A DNA stretch of 64,000 nt from Octopus vulgaris (Eukaryota), in contig OX597827.1 in the NCBI GenBank assembly GCA_951406725.2, positions 36,890,001-36,954,000 on the forward strand, read 5' to 3'. The translations under genes were made by a program, and so were the position numbers. The notes under the pieces are model-generated. The model was not told the DNA's origin. It saw only the letters and a list, made by a program, of their open reading frames with translations, and ran no database searches. Of this stretch, positions 24,681 to 36,803 are shown piece after piece. The first letter of the stretch is position 1. Each line of letters starts with the position of its first letter.

Positions 24681-24949
24681 TAAATTTAAACTAACTGCAT
24701 CTTTATTTAAATCCAAACATTTCCAACAATACACATTTAACAATGTCGAAACTAGTATCCTCCTCATCATCTTCATCGTCATCTCTGTCTATGCTATCAT
24801 CATTTTCACCACCACCACCTCTACCAAAACCACCACCACTACCATCATTGTCACAATCATCATGTTTTCATCAGCTTTGTGTGAGTTTCTTCTGCACTAC
24901 AAAGTACCCCATCACCTTTTTTGACTATATCCACCATTATGTTTTAAGA

Positions 24950-26307
24950 ATATAAAATGGTATTTGTATACTACATCAGATTTTGCTTTATTTTGTGGAT
25001 TGTGTTATTCTTTCTATGTTATTTTATTACTTTGACTGATGTGTAGCATATGTTTAATGTGAGTTGTTGTGTTATTAGCTGGTGGTTATGTTTTGCATAT
25101 GCAGTATGATTGGTTTTATGTATTTTGGTTCAGGACAATGATTGTGCTATGTGGGTTGTGTTATATGAATATTATCCACTGTGTAGAATGTGAGTTGTAT
25201 GAGAGTTTGATCGTATAATTTTGGGCATCAATTATAGTTATTAATATGGATGTACTTTGATAGTATCTTAGTGCTTTATTCTTGCAATATCTCCAGTCTT
25301 CAAGAAATACTATCAAACATCTTTCAGTAATCAAGTCAGACCGTGCCAAAGTTTATTTTCTTGTTTTGATGTCTTTGTTATATTTTGATGCCTGGTTATT
25401 CAATAGATATTTTTCACAGCCATATTTCCCTTCCTAGCATCCTCTTTGTTCCCTCATAATATAATATTGCTTTCTAGATGAGTAACCAGTTTGCTTTTGA
25501 GCATGGATGTAAGGACCTTCTATGCTTTGGAAACAAGCTATAAACCTATAGCTTTATGGGTCTTCAGTGGATTTTTGGCAGGTGGATTGGGAATAAATGC
25601 TTTGGCTCCAGTATCCAATCAAATATTCATTCTGATTATCAGTTTATGGGAAGTTGTTACTACAAAATTATGGGTACTGGTCAAGTTCTGCTGTTCTGCC
25701 AAAATTTGTGGACTTTGTCAATCTCAGGGGGTTCCCAATTGTCTACAATACTTAATGTATGGGTGAGTCCTTTGTGGCTAAGATGAGCCATGTTTGTGGT
25801 GCTGTTTATTATGTTTTGTATTCTGAGCTGTTCTCCTACATTCTAATGAAAGATTTTTGTCCCTGTTCCCTTTCAGTAGACTTGAATTTCCATTAATGTT
25901 GGTGTGTTGATCAGTGTTCTGTGTTATTTTTGTTTGCTAATATCTATAAAATCTTTGATATTTCATCTCTTGGAAGCACTCATGCTCTTCTCTTTAACTG
26001 ATACAATTTATTTAAGATAATCTTTGATTTTTAGGATGTCTCTTTTTCTTACTACACTTTATTCTAATCTGGATTCTTATTTTTATTTTTCATGTTGGTT
26101 CCAAACTTTCCACTTTGCTAAATAAGGTAAGAAATTCCTTTTCTTATTATATGTATTGTATTTTCTTTCTGTACATCATAGGTGCAGTCATAGCTGTGTG
26201 GTTAAGAAGTTTGCTTCCCGACCACTTGGTTGCAGGTTAAGTCCCACTGTCTACCTTGGGCCAGTGTCTTCTCCTGGGCTGACCAAAGCATTGTAAAAGA
26301 AACCTGT

Positions 26308-26371
<64 letters not shown>

Positions 26372-27300
26372 TTTGTGTGGCTGTGTGTACTTGTGTGTGT
26401 AAAAGTTGGTGTTTTCTTGTCTTGACATCACATGATTGTTGTAAATGAGTGTTACCAACATACAACCTTCCGTGAAAACATGTCCAGCCATGAGGAAATA
26501 TTACTTTATCTAGAAATATGTAAGTGTTGGCAACAGAAAGGGCATCCAACCATAGAAAATATGTCTCAATGAATTCTATACAACCCTTATAAGCGTGGAA
26601 AATGGGTGCAAAAACAATGATGATTTTGATAATAATATCAATATGTGGAGTGGATCTGTGAAAAAGCCTGCTTAGATTAGAATCAAATCTTATATCAACT
26701 TATCTGATCATTCTGTCTGTTGTTGATTATTAGTTTGCTACCATAGAAAAAATTTTTTACTGGAATCTTGTTATATTCACCTATTCTACTAATAGATCTT
26801 GATCATTTGTTACTCGGACAGGTGTTTATCATAATCCATGTTTATTGGCTTTGTTATGCCATCTCTTTTTATTAATTGTTTTATTTTAGGATCTCCTCAC
26901 TTTTAACTCTACTTGTTCTGTTGTCAATGTTGTTTTTGTTATTTTTGTTGTTAAATGGGGATGTGAAAAGCTATATTTATTTGGCTGAATATTTTGTTGA
27001 GTGTTTCTATGGGGGCTTCTACAGACTTTTCCAACTTTTTAGATTTTTAGCTTTTTTTTTAAATTTGTGTCTGTTTTGTTTTTTTATTTACCATATGGTC
27101 ATGTTTGCTGCATGCTGGATTTTGTAGTCTCCTCATTGTTGTGATACTTTCATTCTTACACAGTTTGCAAGCTGTGGGCTCTATTGCGATGTTCCCATCA
27201 GTTTGTGGTGGGTCATGTTTTTATGTGTTGTTGGTTGTTTTATTTTGAATATATATTCTTTGGTTTCAAGTTTGGGATCATGTTAGTTCACACTGATATT
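24950..27300 (-). mobile_element. Decayed, internally deleted R4/Dong-like retrotransposon
   Basis: Minus-strand RT motifs NWEPPEIDKVHKFW (~25695-25745) and KVLTSMLKSKLVTHLES...EQRGC*EGKYGC (~25415-25520), then an abrupt jump to a remnant of the C-terminus and UTR. Interrupted by a SINE at 26180. Left and right limits are uncertain. Confidence 0.65.
26180..26630 (+). mobile_element. SINE with family B head, internal (TG)n and family D-like tail
   Basis: 'agctgtgtggttaagaagtttgcttcc...gttaagtcccactg...accttgggccagtgtcttct'; tail 'ttggcaacagaaagggcatccaaccatagaaa'. Confidence 0.8.
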
Positions 27301-27913
27301 TTCTTCACTTTTTTTTCCACCATAACTCTAATATCTCTTTTATAGTACCTAAACTATTTGACACACATCACATTGTGTCACATTGTCACACACATCATGT
27401 TGTGTCACCTACATTATCGCATTATTGTGTCCTCTCTCATCAAAAGCTGCTGTAAGTTAGTCATTGCGTTCTCAAATTTTCACAGTCTTCAAATGATATA
27501 ATTCATTACCACCACTCACCACTCTCTGTGTACTCCCCCCATTCCTGCTCTCTCCCCTCTCCCATCTCCCTCATCTCTCTTTATTTTCTTTCATATAATT
27601 GACACTAAATCAAACATCAATACTGCAGTCACAGACTTTCAACAGAAATGTGTCACACCAGAGACTGTTATAGTAAACTTAGCATTTTGTCTTCTTTCTT
27701 TCATCATTTCTGTCTTTTCTTTTCTTTTCTTTCATTGCTTTATCAATAAACTACAACATTATAATCAATGCACTGATCTAAGTATGAAGTTTAGGTTTGA
27801 TTCACATTTGTTGCTATTTCACTTCACTTATTGTTGCTAATCTCTTTGGTAGAACAGTAAATAACTCTCCATCCTACCATGTTGTTTGTTATATGTCTGA
27901 AAGAAGGGAGGAA

Positions 27914-28145
<232 letters not shown>

Positions 28146-28719
28146 GATATAGAAAGAGTGGGATGGCATGAGTGGCATTGTAGCAGTCAATGTGCTATTA
28201 GTCACCAATCTCTAGCGTTTTTTGTTAATATTCCATCAACAAGCAGTGCTGTGTTGTGTGGCTGCTGGTATAAGAACCTTTAATTGTAAACTAGCTCAGA
28301 CAACCTAGCTGTAAATAAGTACCACAGGCTAGGATCCACTGATTACTGTATGCAGCAGCAACAATACTGTAGCAACTGCAGATCTGAGTGTAGTTTTGGG
28401 TTCAACTCTCACTGTATATATGTGCAAGTGTATACTTACACACACATGCACACACACATACATGCATATACACACATGCACACAGACACACGCATACACA
28501 GAGCCAACCTAAATTACCTATACAGATACAACATATGGATAGAAAGGCTGTATGACCCAATGGACTGCAGGATCATAAAATGAAGATCCTCTTCAGGGAA
28601 GCCACGTCTGAAGAAGGACTACAGGAAATATCATCAAACAGAAGACCTAGACCAAATATTTATATCAGAGTGATCTCTGCTTAAAACACCAAAAGATCAG
28701 GTGCTGGAGTACAAGCCAG

Positions 28720-28845
28720 GCAGACTTTGCCTTTCATCCTTTCGGGGTTGATGAATTAAGTACCAGGGAAACACTGAGGTTGATGCAATCAACTAGGTCC
28801 CTTCTAAATTTCAGGCCTTGTGCCTTTAGTAGAAAGGATTATTAC

Positions 28846-28900
<55 letters not shown>
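28720..28900 (+). mobile_element. SINE family A 3' half with (TTA)n
   Basis: 'gactttgcctttcatcctttcggggttgatgaattaagtaccag...ggccttgtgcctttagtagaaagg'. Confidence 0.8.
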
Positions 28901-28903
<3 letters not shown>

Positions 28904-29460
28904 CCGTGGCCCCTACCTTCCTTCTTGTGATACTTGTGAAGACCTGTTGAGGCAAGTGAAAATCAAACCAAATCAAAATAGATGAACATCAATGGAATTT
29001 GTATCTTTGTGGTACCAGTGCCGGTGGCACATAAGAGAACCATCCGAACGTGGCCGTAGCCAGTACCGCATCGACTGGCCTCTGTGCTGTGGGCACGTAA
29101 CAAACACCATCCGATCGTGGCCGTTCGCCAGCCTCGTCTGGCACCTGTGTCGGTGGCACATAAAACACACCAGCCAAGCGTGGCCGTCTGCCAGCCTCGT
29201 CTGGCACCTGTGTCGGTGGCACATAAAAAACACCATCCGAGCGTGGCCGTTCGCCAGCCTCATCTGGCACCTGTGTCGGTGGCACATAAAATCACCCACT
29301 ACACTCTCGGAGTGGTTGGCATTAGGAAGGGCATCCAGCTGTAGAAACACTGCCAGATCTGACTGGCCTGGTGCAGCCTTCGGGCTCCCCAGACCCCAGT
29401 TGAACCGTCCAACCCATGCTAGCATGGAAAGCGGACGTTAAACGATGATGATGATGATGA
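28901..29460 (+). mobile_element. Family D element (young) with internal ~62-bp tandem array
   Basis: Four to five units of 'ggtggcacataaaa(a)caccatccgagcgtggccgttcgccagcctcgtctggcacctgtgtc', then 'ttggcattaggaagggcatccagctgtagaaac', then (GAT)n. Confidence 0.88.
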
Positions 29461-29472
29461 TTATTATTATTT

Positions 29473-29633
29473 GTGCCTGGTGTACCCTTATCAGACAGGT
29501 AGTCATGATAGGTATACTGGGCTTTGTATATTTTACCCCAGCGTCACTTTGATGGCATGCACTGCTCTCTCACTCAATAATAATAATAATAATAATCATC
29601 ATCATGGAAAGCGGACGCTAAACGATGATGATG

Positions 29634-29666
<33 letters not shown>

Positions 29667-29790
29667 GAGTGAGAGAGCAGTGCATGCGATCAAAGTGACA
29701 CTGGGGTAAAATATACAAAGCCCAGTATACCTATCATGACTACCTGTCTGATAAGGGTACACCAGGCACTGCCTGGTACTGCATCAGGGT
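29473..29790. repeat. Inverted duplication of the TAA-associated repeat
   Basis: 29473-29577 is the reverse complement of 29665-29769; the spacer repeats 29423-29460. Confidence 0.92.
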
Positions 29791-30559
29791 ATTTATTATT
29801 ATTATTATTATTACAATAAAGGTGGTGATCTTGCTGAACCTTTAGCATGTTGGACAAAATGCTTAGTGGCATTTCATCAGTCATTATGTCGTGAGAGAGA
29901 GAAAGAGAGAAAGAAAGAGAGAGTAGTGAGAGGTAAGGTGAAAGAGAAATGATAATGATATGAAGAAGGAACTGAGATGGTTAAAAAGTTAGTTGAAGTA
30001 AAAGGTTGAGAGAAAAAGAGAGGGAGAAAATATAAAGTGCTTAGCAGAGGCAAATTTTAAACGTCATGTGTTATTGTGATGAATAAAAAAATAACATTTT
30101 AACATTCAATTTTTTATACCTTCTATCCATTGATATATTTATCTATCTATTCACATTGACAAACATCTCCTTGACTGGACAGAAGGAAGGATTGCATTAG
30201 ATATGATAATAAACTTAGAGATAAAGAGAGATTTTTCAATGAAAGTGTAATAACTTAGCAAAATAGCCATGGATATATTTATTATTTGAACTTTGTATTG
30301 ACAGCAAGAAAAATACAAGTGAACTGAACAGCTGGCAAACTACTTTTGTTACTGAAAACTATAATGATGGTGGTGGTAGGGATGCTGAGGGTGGAGGTGG
30401 CGATGATGATGGCAGTGGTGGTGATGATGGTGGTGGTACTGAGTGGATACTTTTTTATAAATTCAGCTAAATTTTTTATATTGCCTATCACTTAAGGCAT
30501 GTGCATATGTGCAATTATTTATCGCCTGCTTGTTTGAAAATTCATATTTGTTTATAAAA

Positions 30560-30930
30560 CATGGATCACAGATGATGTAAGCCAAAAAGAGAAAGAATGA
30601 GCAATAACAAAGAGAGAAGCCTAAGGTTGAATCATTAGAACAAGCAATGGAGCATCAGCATGTAGAAGGGAAAATGCAAATCAAAGAGTATAGAGTGAGA
30701 ATTTACAACAGATAAAGAAATGTGTTCAAGATGGAATTTTAAACGGAAATGAGAGAGAACATACAAATAACTGTAAACATGTTTGAAAATTACAATATTA
30801 GTAACATGAATATTTTCTGTAAACATTGTGAAGCTGAACATAAATGAACCTCTGAACTGCTGAGAGAAGGGGAAAAATCATGCTTCTTCAATTACAGCTT
30901 TATCCAGAAGAAATGAAGGATCTTATCACT
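30560..30930 (+). mobile_element. Helitron Rep-helicase N-terminal remnant
   Basis: ISNMNIFCKHCEAEH...NC*EKGK/IMLLQLQLYPEEMKDL matches the Cys-rich 'MxxxCxHCxA...CCxxGKVxL...PxxL' motif at the RepHel N-terminus; stops and frameshifts present. Confidence 0.6.
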
Positions 30931-31334
30931 TTGACCGGCAGATTTAAAAAATATTTTTTTGTAACTAAACACTTTTAAACTACTGGTAGAATATGTCATA
31001 TAAAACATCTTTTTCTCTTAGCGTTCTTGAGAAAATTTTGTAGTTTGTAAGCTATTTGTTGGATGGTTTGTCAGGATCTGACAAGTCACTGAAACTAATA
31101 ATTAGATAAAATTAACTGTTTGTCTAATGACCGCATCATATTCTTATCATCACTTTGCCATGGTAATCCTGAATGAACATGTAGCATTGCTAACCACAAG
31201 GTTTAGAGTTCAAATATGACAGAGGCTATTGCATTTATGCTCTTGCATATGTTTGTTAAAGTATATTATTCTGTTTGTTTCAGCTGTTCATATAGAGTTG
31301 CATAACATTTTTATTTCTTTCTCTGTCTCACATA

Positions 31335-31560
31335 AATACATACATATCACCGTTGGTGATTATTTTTCTCTGTCTTCCCTTCTCTGGATCTTTCCTTCTC
31401 CTATGTTTCCGACGAAGAGCTCCGCTCGAAACGTTAAACCCTCCTTCTTCCCTTATTTCCTGAGCGTCCAATAATACTATATTTGTTCCACGTCCTTGCG
31501 TTGTTGTGTTTTTTTGTGTTTTCTTGTTTGGATTAACTTTATATATATATATATATATAT
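31335..31560 (+). mobile_element. Family H1 element (young, CpGs intact) ending in (TA)n
   Basis: Contains an HHR at 31405-31439; 3' part homologous to 50130-50221 and 57980-58068. Confidence 0.75.
31405..31439 (+). ncRNA. Minimal type I hammerhead ribozyme motif, U4C variant
   Basis: gttt-CCGACGA-a-gagc(tcc)gctc-GAAA-cg-TT-aaac; stems I and II pair perfectly and stem III is palindromic (AACGTT). Confidence 0.65.
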
Positions 31561-32490
31561 ACACATAAGAATACTCACATGCACACACATACCCACCCAC
31601 TCTCTCTCTCTCTCTCTCTGGGTTGTTCATTTGATTGAACAGTTGGATGATCATATGTTGAAATTAACAGGAGAGTTCATCATGTTTGTATATGTGAGTG
31701 TGTGCATGTTTCATTTGTCAGTTATATATATGTTTATAGTATATATAAGTATGTATATACTGCCCAGTGTATATGTGTATATATTGTTGGCAACATATTA
31801 TATAAATATTTCTGTCTGAAAAATATTATACTTCCTATATTTGTCTCCATTCTAACTTGTCCTTGTCTTCACATGCAAAACTATTTACTTTGTGTATATA
31901 TGATTTCATCATACTTCCAGTTTGTTTTAAATTATTGATACTTAATTTAAGAAATTTCATAATATGTTTATGATACACTTTATTTTCTTCTATTAGATTC
32001 TGCTAAAAAGAATTGTAATATTATTTATTAAATCTTCTATAACATTCATGGAAATTGTTGCTGTTGCTGCTGCTGTTGTTTGCTAATTTTAGTAGTTCTA
32101 CGGATATTGAATATAGAATATTTTGTTTGTTAGCTCTATTGATATGATTATTGTTATCAGGTGGCATTTTTATTATATCAAATTGGTTCTTATTTCTTTT
32201 ATAATATGAATGTTATATTATTTATTAAGCTTCTATTTATGGCAAGAAAACATGATGATATTACAACTCATGTTATATATTATTATTTATGAATTTTCTA
32301 TTTATGGCAAGAAAAATATATGAAATTACTGCTGTTATTTCTTTTATTAAATTCTAACTCTACAAGATAAATCCCTTGGCAGTGTTCTTGAAATTCATCA
32401 TCATAATTATTTATAGAGATTAAACCATTTAGATTTTTTAATACATCTATTAGAATTTCAGATTTATTTTGTTATTGTTGTTGTTTACAG

Positions 32491-32565
32491 AAATACATCA
32501 AACAGAATTGGGCAAATATTAGAAAATATGCATAAAACTGTCCAAGGTTACCAAATACAGTATGA
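32491..32565 (+). CDS. Candidate internal exon of an unidentified host gene
   Basis: T-rich tract + 'ttacag|', 75 nt open frame (NTSNRIGQILENMHKTVQGYQIQY), donor '|gtgaga'. Symmetric phase 2-2 and non-repetitive context. Confidence 0.4.
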
Positions 32566-33849
32566 GTGAGAATATCCAATCAATGTGTACAGGTCCCAGT
32601 GTTGTTTTCTTTAATGTACCTATGATCATCCTTCTATGTGTAATCTGCAATGTCTTTACAGACACACTTGTCTATCATTCCTGTTGTATCAATCACAGAT
32701 AGAATGATAAAAACATTCCTTGATAACCATAATGTTATAATTAAACAGTTACATCCATGTAATTCCTCAGATTTTTCACCTCCCTTATGAACAATATTGT
32801 ATTATATTATTGTGTTGATAATTAATTCACTGGTGTTGTTTTTGTTATAGAGAATGATGTCAGGTCTATCATGTGCTATCTCATTATGGCTCTGCATGTT
32901 AAAATTTCATAGTATTTTTGTATTATCCTATGATAAGTGGATTAAGTATTTTAAGTTAGGTGGCCACACATACATACATATGCACACACACGTGTGCATA
33001 TGTGCACACATGCACAGTTACTTTGTCAAATACATTTTGTCAAAGCTAGTCTAGGATATCCTGATACAGGATAATGTCTTGACTCAGGAAATACTCAATA
33101 CAGGAAACATTCATCATCTATATTGTAGGAATTATGGCTATTCCTTTCAAAATATTTGGCAGTGATGGTCTATTTCTTGTATTGTGGATGTTGTTACTTC
33201 TGCTGCTCTATTCAGACAGAATTTGTGCATCCGAGCCAAAGATATAGTCTTTGTTTTCTTTTTTCTTTATTTGTATCGTGTGTAAACAGAAATATTGTCT
33301 ATGTATACACGTAACTTAATGATTGTTCTCCACAGTTGACCTATGTACCATTACAATACTTACATACCTGTATTTTATGCTGACTGAAGTCCAGTTTAGA
33401 TGTTTGATATCTAATGCCCTTCTGTGCATGACATTTGTTGCTGTTTATTTAATTTAATACCCTTTTTTCATGATCAACAAGAGAACTCAGCAGGCCTTCT
33501 TGTGAGCTAGAAAAGTTATAGACAATATTAATAACTGCCTTCTTATATTGCTTCCTAGCACTCTCTGGTCCCCTACCACCTTCTGTTTTAAGGATTCAGT
33601 TATTTGATGTCAAGCTTATTGTGTAGTAGGTGATGTTTGTAGATGAGTAGTACCATTAAAATGATATTAAAATCCTGCCTAGGTAAATTTTCTCTTTTAT
33701 CTATCAGAGATTGATAAAATAACAAAAAACAAACAAAAAACACCAGCCATGAGCTAAGGTTGATTTGTCCAACCAACCATTCACCCTTAAAATTTTGTAG
33801 GCTTATGCCTTCTGTAGAAACAGCTATTATGGTAATTGATCTATTTCCA

Positions 33850-34185
33850 TCATGATTTATTTAATGCCCACTTTACCATGCTTGCATGGATCACATGTAA
33901 TTTGTTGAGACAGCTTTTCTACAGCTGGATACCCTTTCTATTTCTAAGCAAGGTAATATTTGGCATGGCCAGGCACATTTTTCATGAAAGATTAGGAACA
34001 GACGACATCACTTGTATGATAGTGATGCACATTTACAACCATTACATGATGCGGAGACAAGGGTACACAAAGACATACAAATGCATGCACACACACATGT
34101 ATACATACTTCTCCACCCACACACAAATAAATTCAACAGGCTTCTTTCAGTTCCCATCAACCAAATTCATTCATAAAGCTTCATG
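33850..34185 (-). mobile_element. SINE like 26180-26630, decayed
   Basis: 'ttttctacagctggataccc...ggcttctttcagttcccatcaaccaaattcattcataaagct'. Confidence 0.65.
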
Positions 34186-34939
34186 ATTATAAATATATTT
34201 GTTGGATATAGAAAATTATTTAAGCCCACTGAAATTTCTATTTAATATAGTGAAAATAATGTTTTTTTTGAATTAATATAAACATTATCTGTTTAAAATT
34301 TACCCTACTTAGTCTCACTATTACAATTCAGTTTATATTTTTATCATGCTAATCCATATTGATGCAATACAGTTTATTACTATGTTTATATTATGTCCAT
34401 TGTTAAAGCAAAAACCTACATTTTCTGTTCAGACAGCTTTTAATTAATTTCCAGGAATGTTTGTGTCATAATGAGGAAAAGTCAGAGATTTGCAACCTCT
34501 ATACTTTATCTTTCAACTATTTTTAATGTTTTTAGAAATTTTACTGATATTCATCATCTACTCTCTCTTAACTAGACAGGAGTATTTACTCTTAGGTTGA
34601 TATATTTTTAACCTCTCGTTTCACAAACACAGACACATTCAGATGTACACACACACTCACACAGACACAAACACACATGTTTATCCTACTGTTAAATATA
34701 ATTCAACTTCTGCAGTTGATATTAATCTTACTTTAAGCAAACTTTTATATGTATTCAATTTTCTGTGTATGTGTTGTGTATGCACACATGTGTATCTAGT
34801 AACTGTAGTTATATATTGTACTCTCTGAAAGAGTCTCTGTGCTTGTATAATGAAAGTTTTGGTATTTTTTATGGAAAAACACCAGTATCTAACTAACTAT
34901 ATATATATTATACAAATTCACACACACCCACGTATACTA

Positions 34940-35610
34940 GAATAAAAGTATAGACTGGCAAACAGTTGGTATCTGGTTAGATTAATGATATTCATGTATG
35001 TATATATGGAGAAAAGAATGCTTAGGAAATGTTCATAATGGTATATATAGGAGTACTTCTGGAATAATTATAAGGTAAGGCCTTAGTATTGATATTGTAT
35101 AGTAAGTAAAGGTGATGAGCTGGCAGAATCATTAGTGTATCAGGCAAAATGCTTAGTGGTATTTCATCGATTTTTGTGTTTTGAGCTCAAATTCCACCAA
35201 GGTCAACTTTGGCTTTCATCTTTTTGGGGTCAATAAAATAAGTACCAGTTGAGCACTGGGGTCAATGTAATCGACTTATTCTCTCTCCCAAACTTGCTGT
35301 GCTTGTGCCAAAATTTGAAACTGGAATTACGTAGTAAGTTAAGTCAGGTCATCATAGATAAAATCCAAAAACGGCTATAAGGGTGAATTTGCACACCTTG
35401 TTTCTTCCTTTTCTTTCAGTTTTGAATTTTACTTATGATGACTTGCCTTAACTTGCTATGCAATATCAATACGACTGACTCATCTGGAGTATACATGCAT
35501 AAATCACAACCATTATGAACACTTTCAACTCCCTAAGCGTTCTTTTCTCCACATTCAAACATACAAATGTCATAATCTGACCAGATTAAAACAGTCAATA
35601 CTTTTATACA
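34940..35610. repeat. Old fold-back palindrome interrupted by a SINE
   Basis: 34940-35110 + 35330-35372 vs 35419-35610 (for example 'tggagaaaagaatgcttagg' / 'cctaagcgttcttttctcca'). Confidence 0.75.
35110..35325 (+). mobile_element. SINE family A, full length
   Basis: Complete head-to-tail match; approximate TSD 'tagtaagt(a/t)aag'. Confidence 0.88.
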
Positions 35611-35890
35611 CATACCAGTATGATTGAAACACTGCCTATAACCAATTACCATTTAAGCAGCTATAACACACCTACATTTAAAGTTGCAATTCAAGTTTAG
35701 GCAGGAAGGCAACCTGAGCACTAATTGTTAGTAACTATTATCTCACATCATTACACATAATATCAACTGAAATTTGCCGGTACATATACATCTGTCTGTC
35801 TGTATGTATACATATATACATAAATGTATGTATGTGTGTGTGTGTGTGTGTGTGTGTAAAGTGTTTGAAGTGATGTACATATATTGTACA

Positions 35891-36115
35891 TTGAGAAAAA
35901 GGAGGTAGTCAGAATTTTGGCTAATTCTTTATTAGTGTTTTCATTCATTTATCAAATTTGTCAAGACAAAATCAAAATAATTTTGATTTAGATTTTGTCT
36001 TGACGAGTTCAATAAATGAATGAAAGTGGTAGTTTACTACCACTTTCATTCATTTATTGAAATTATCCAAAATTTATTGAATTATCCAAAATTCTGACTG
36101 CCTCTTTTTCCTCAA
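35891..36115. repeat. Nested multi-hairpin palindrome with HHR remnant
   Basis: Outer arms 'gaggtagtcagaattttgg' / 'ccaaaattctgactgcctc'; inner X-X'-X of 'tttcattcatttatt'; TTGACGA-gttca(ataaa)tgaat-GAAA at 36000-36025. Confidence 0.8.
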
Positions 36116-36500
36116 TATATATATATAATATGTATATATATATTTAGGTATATACAAATGGTGATGCAAACAGGTAAAGTAGAACTGAAAATATGAGTAT
36201 CTGTATATTTTTATTAATATTTAACAGACCCTCAGACATTGAGTCACTTTGTTGCTTCTGCTAAATATATATATATATATATATTATAAATTATCTGAAA
36301 TGTACAGTATTATATATCCATTATGTTCAAGACAACTTATAACATCTGGTAAAGAACAAACAGAACAAGAAAATTTTTACTTAAAATTTTGCAGCTAAGG
36401 ATAAAATTTCAAATGAAATATTTAGATTTAGAAAATATTAGCTTTTATTAAAACTAAAAATTCTATTACAAGTTATTACTTCTGTTTGTTATTACTTGTT

Positions 36501-36803
36501 GCTGTTTGTTCCTTCTCGAGCCATGCCTGATCATAAGGGCCGGTTTCCCTATTTCATTGGTGCACTGGTTTCCCACCTGGATGGGTCACCAGTCCGTCAC
36601 AGGTGAACTGCTAGATGCAGGAAGAAAGAGTGAGTGAAAGTTGTGGTGAAAGAGTCAGCAGAAGTTTGCCACTACCTTCTACCAGAGCTGTGTGGAGCTT
36701 AGGTGTTTTGCTCATAAACACACATATCGCCTGGTCTGAGATTCAAACCAGCAATCCCTCAACCACGAGTCCACTGCTCTAACCACTAGGCCATGTGCCT
36801 CTA
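36501..36803 (-). mobile_element. V-domain-like tRNA SINE (family E), full length with TSD
   Basis: Head 'gaggcacatggcctagtggttagagcagtggac...ggtttgaatctc'; 'cctgtgacggactggtgacccatccagg'; 14-bp TSD 'tgttattacttgtt'. Confidence 0.88.

Noticed and set aside
28973-29441. Repetitive 98-150 aa ORFs, or a possible CRISPR-like array
   Set aside because: Head-to-tail tandem units with no unique spacers, inside a eukaryotic retro-element; no cas genes.
30305-30470. Possible exon after 'ttgacag' (KKNTSELNSWQ...GGGDDDG)
   Set aside because: Weak pyrimidine tract, runs into a GGT/GAT microsatellite and has no convincing donor.
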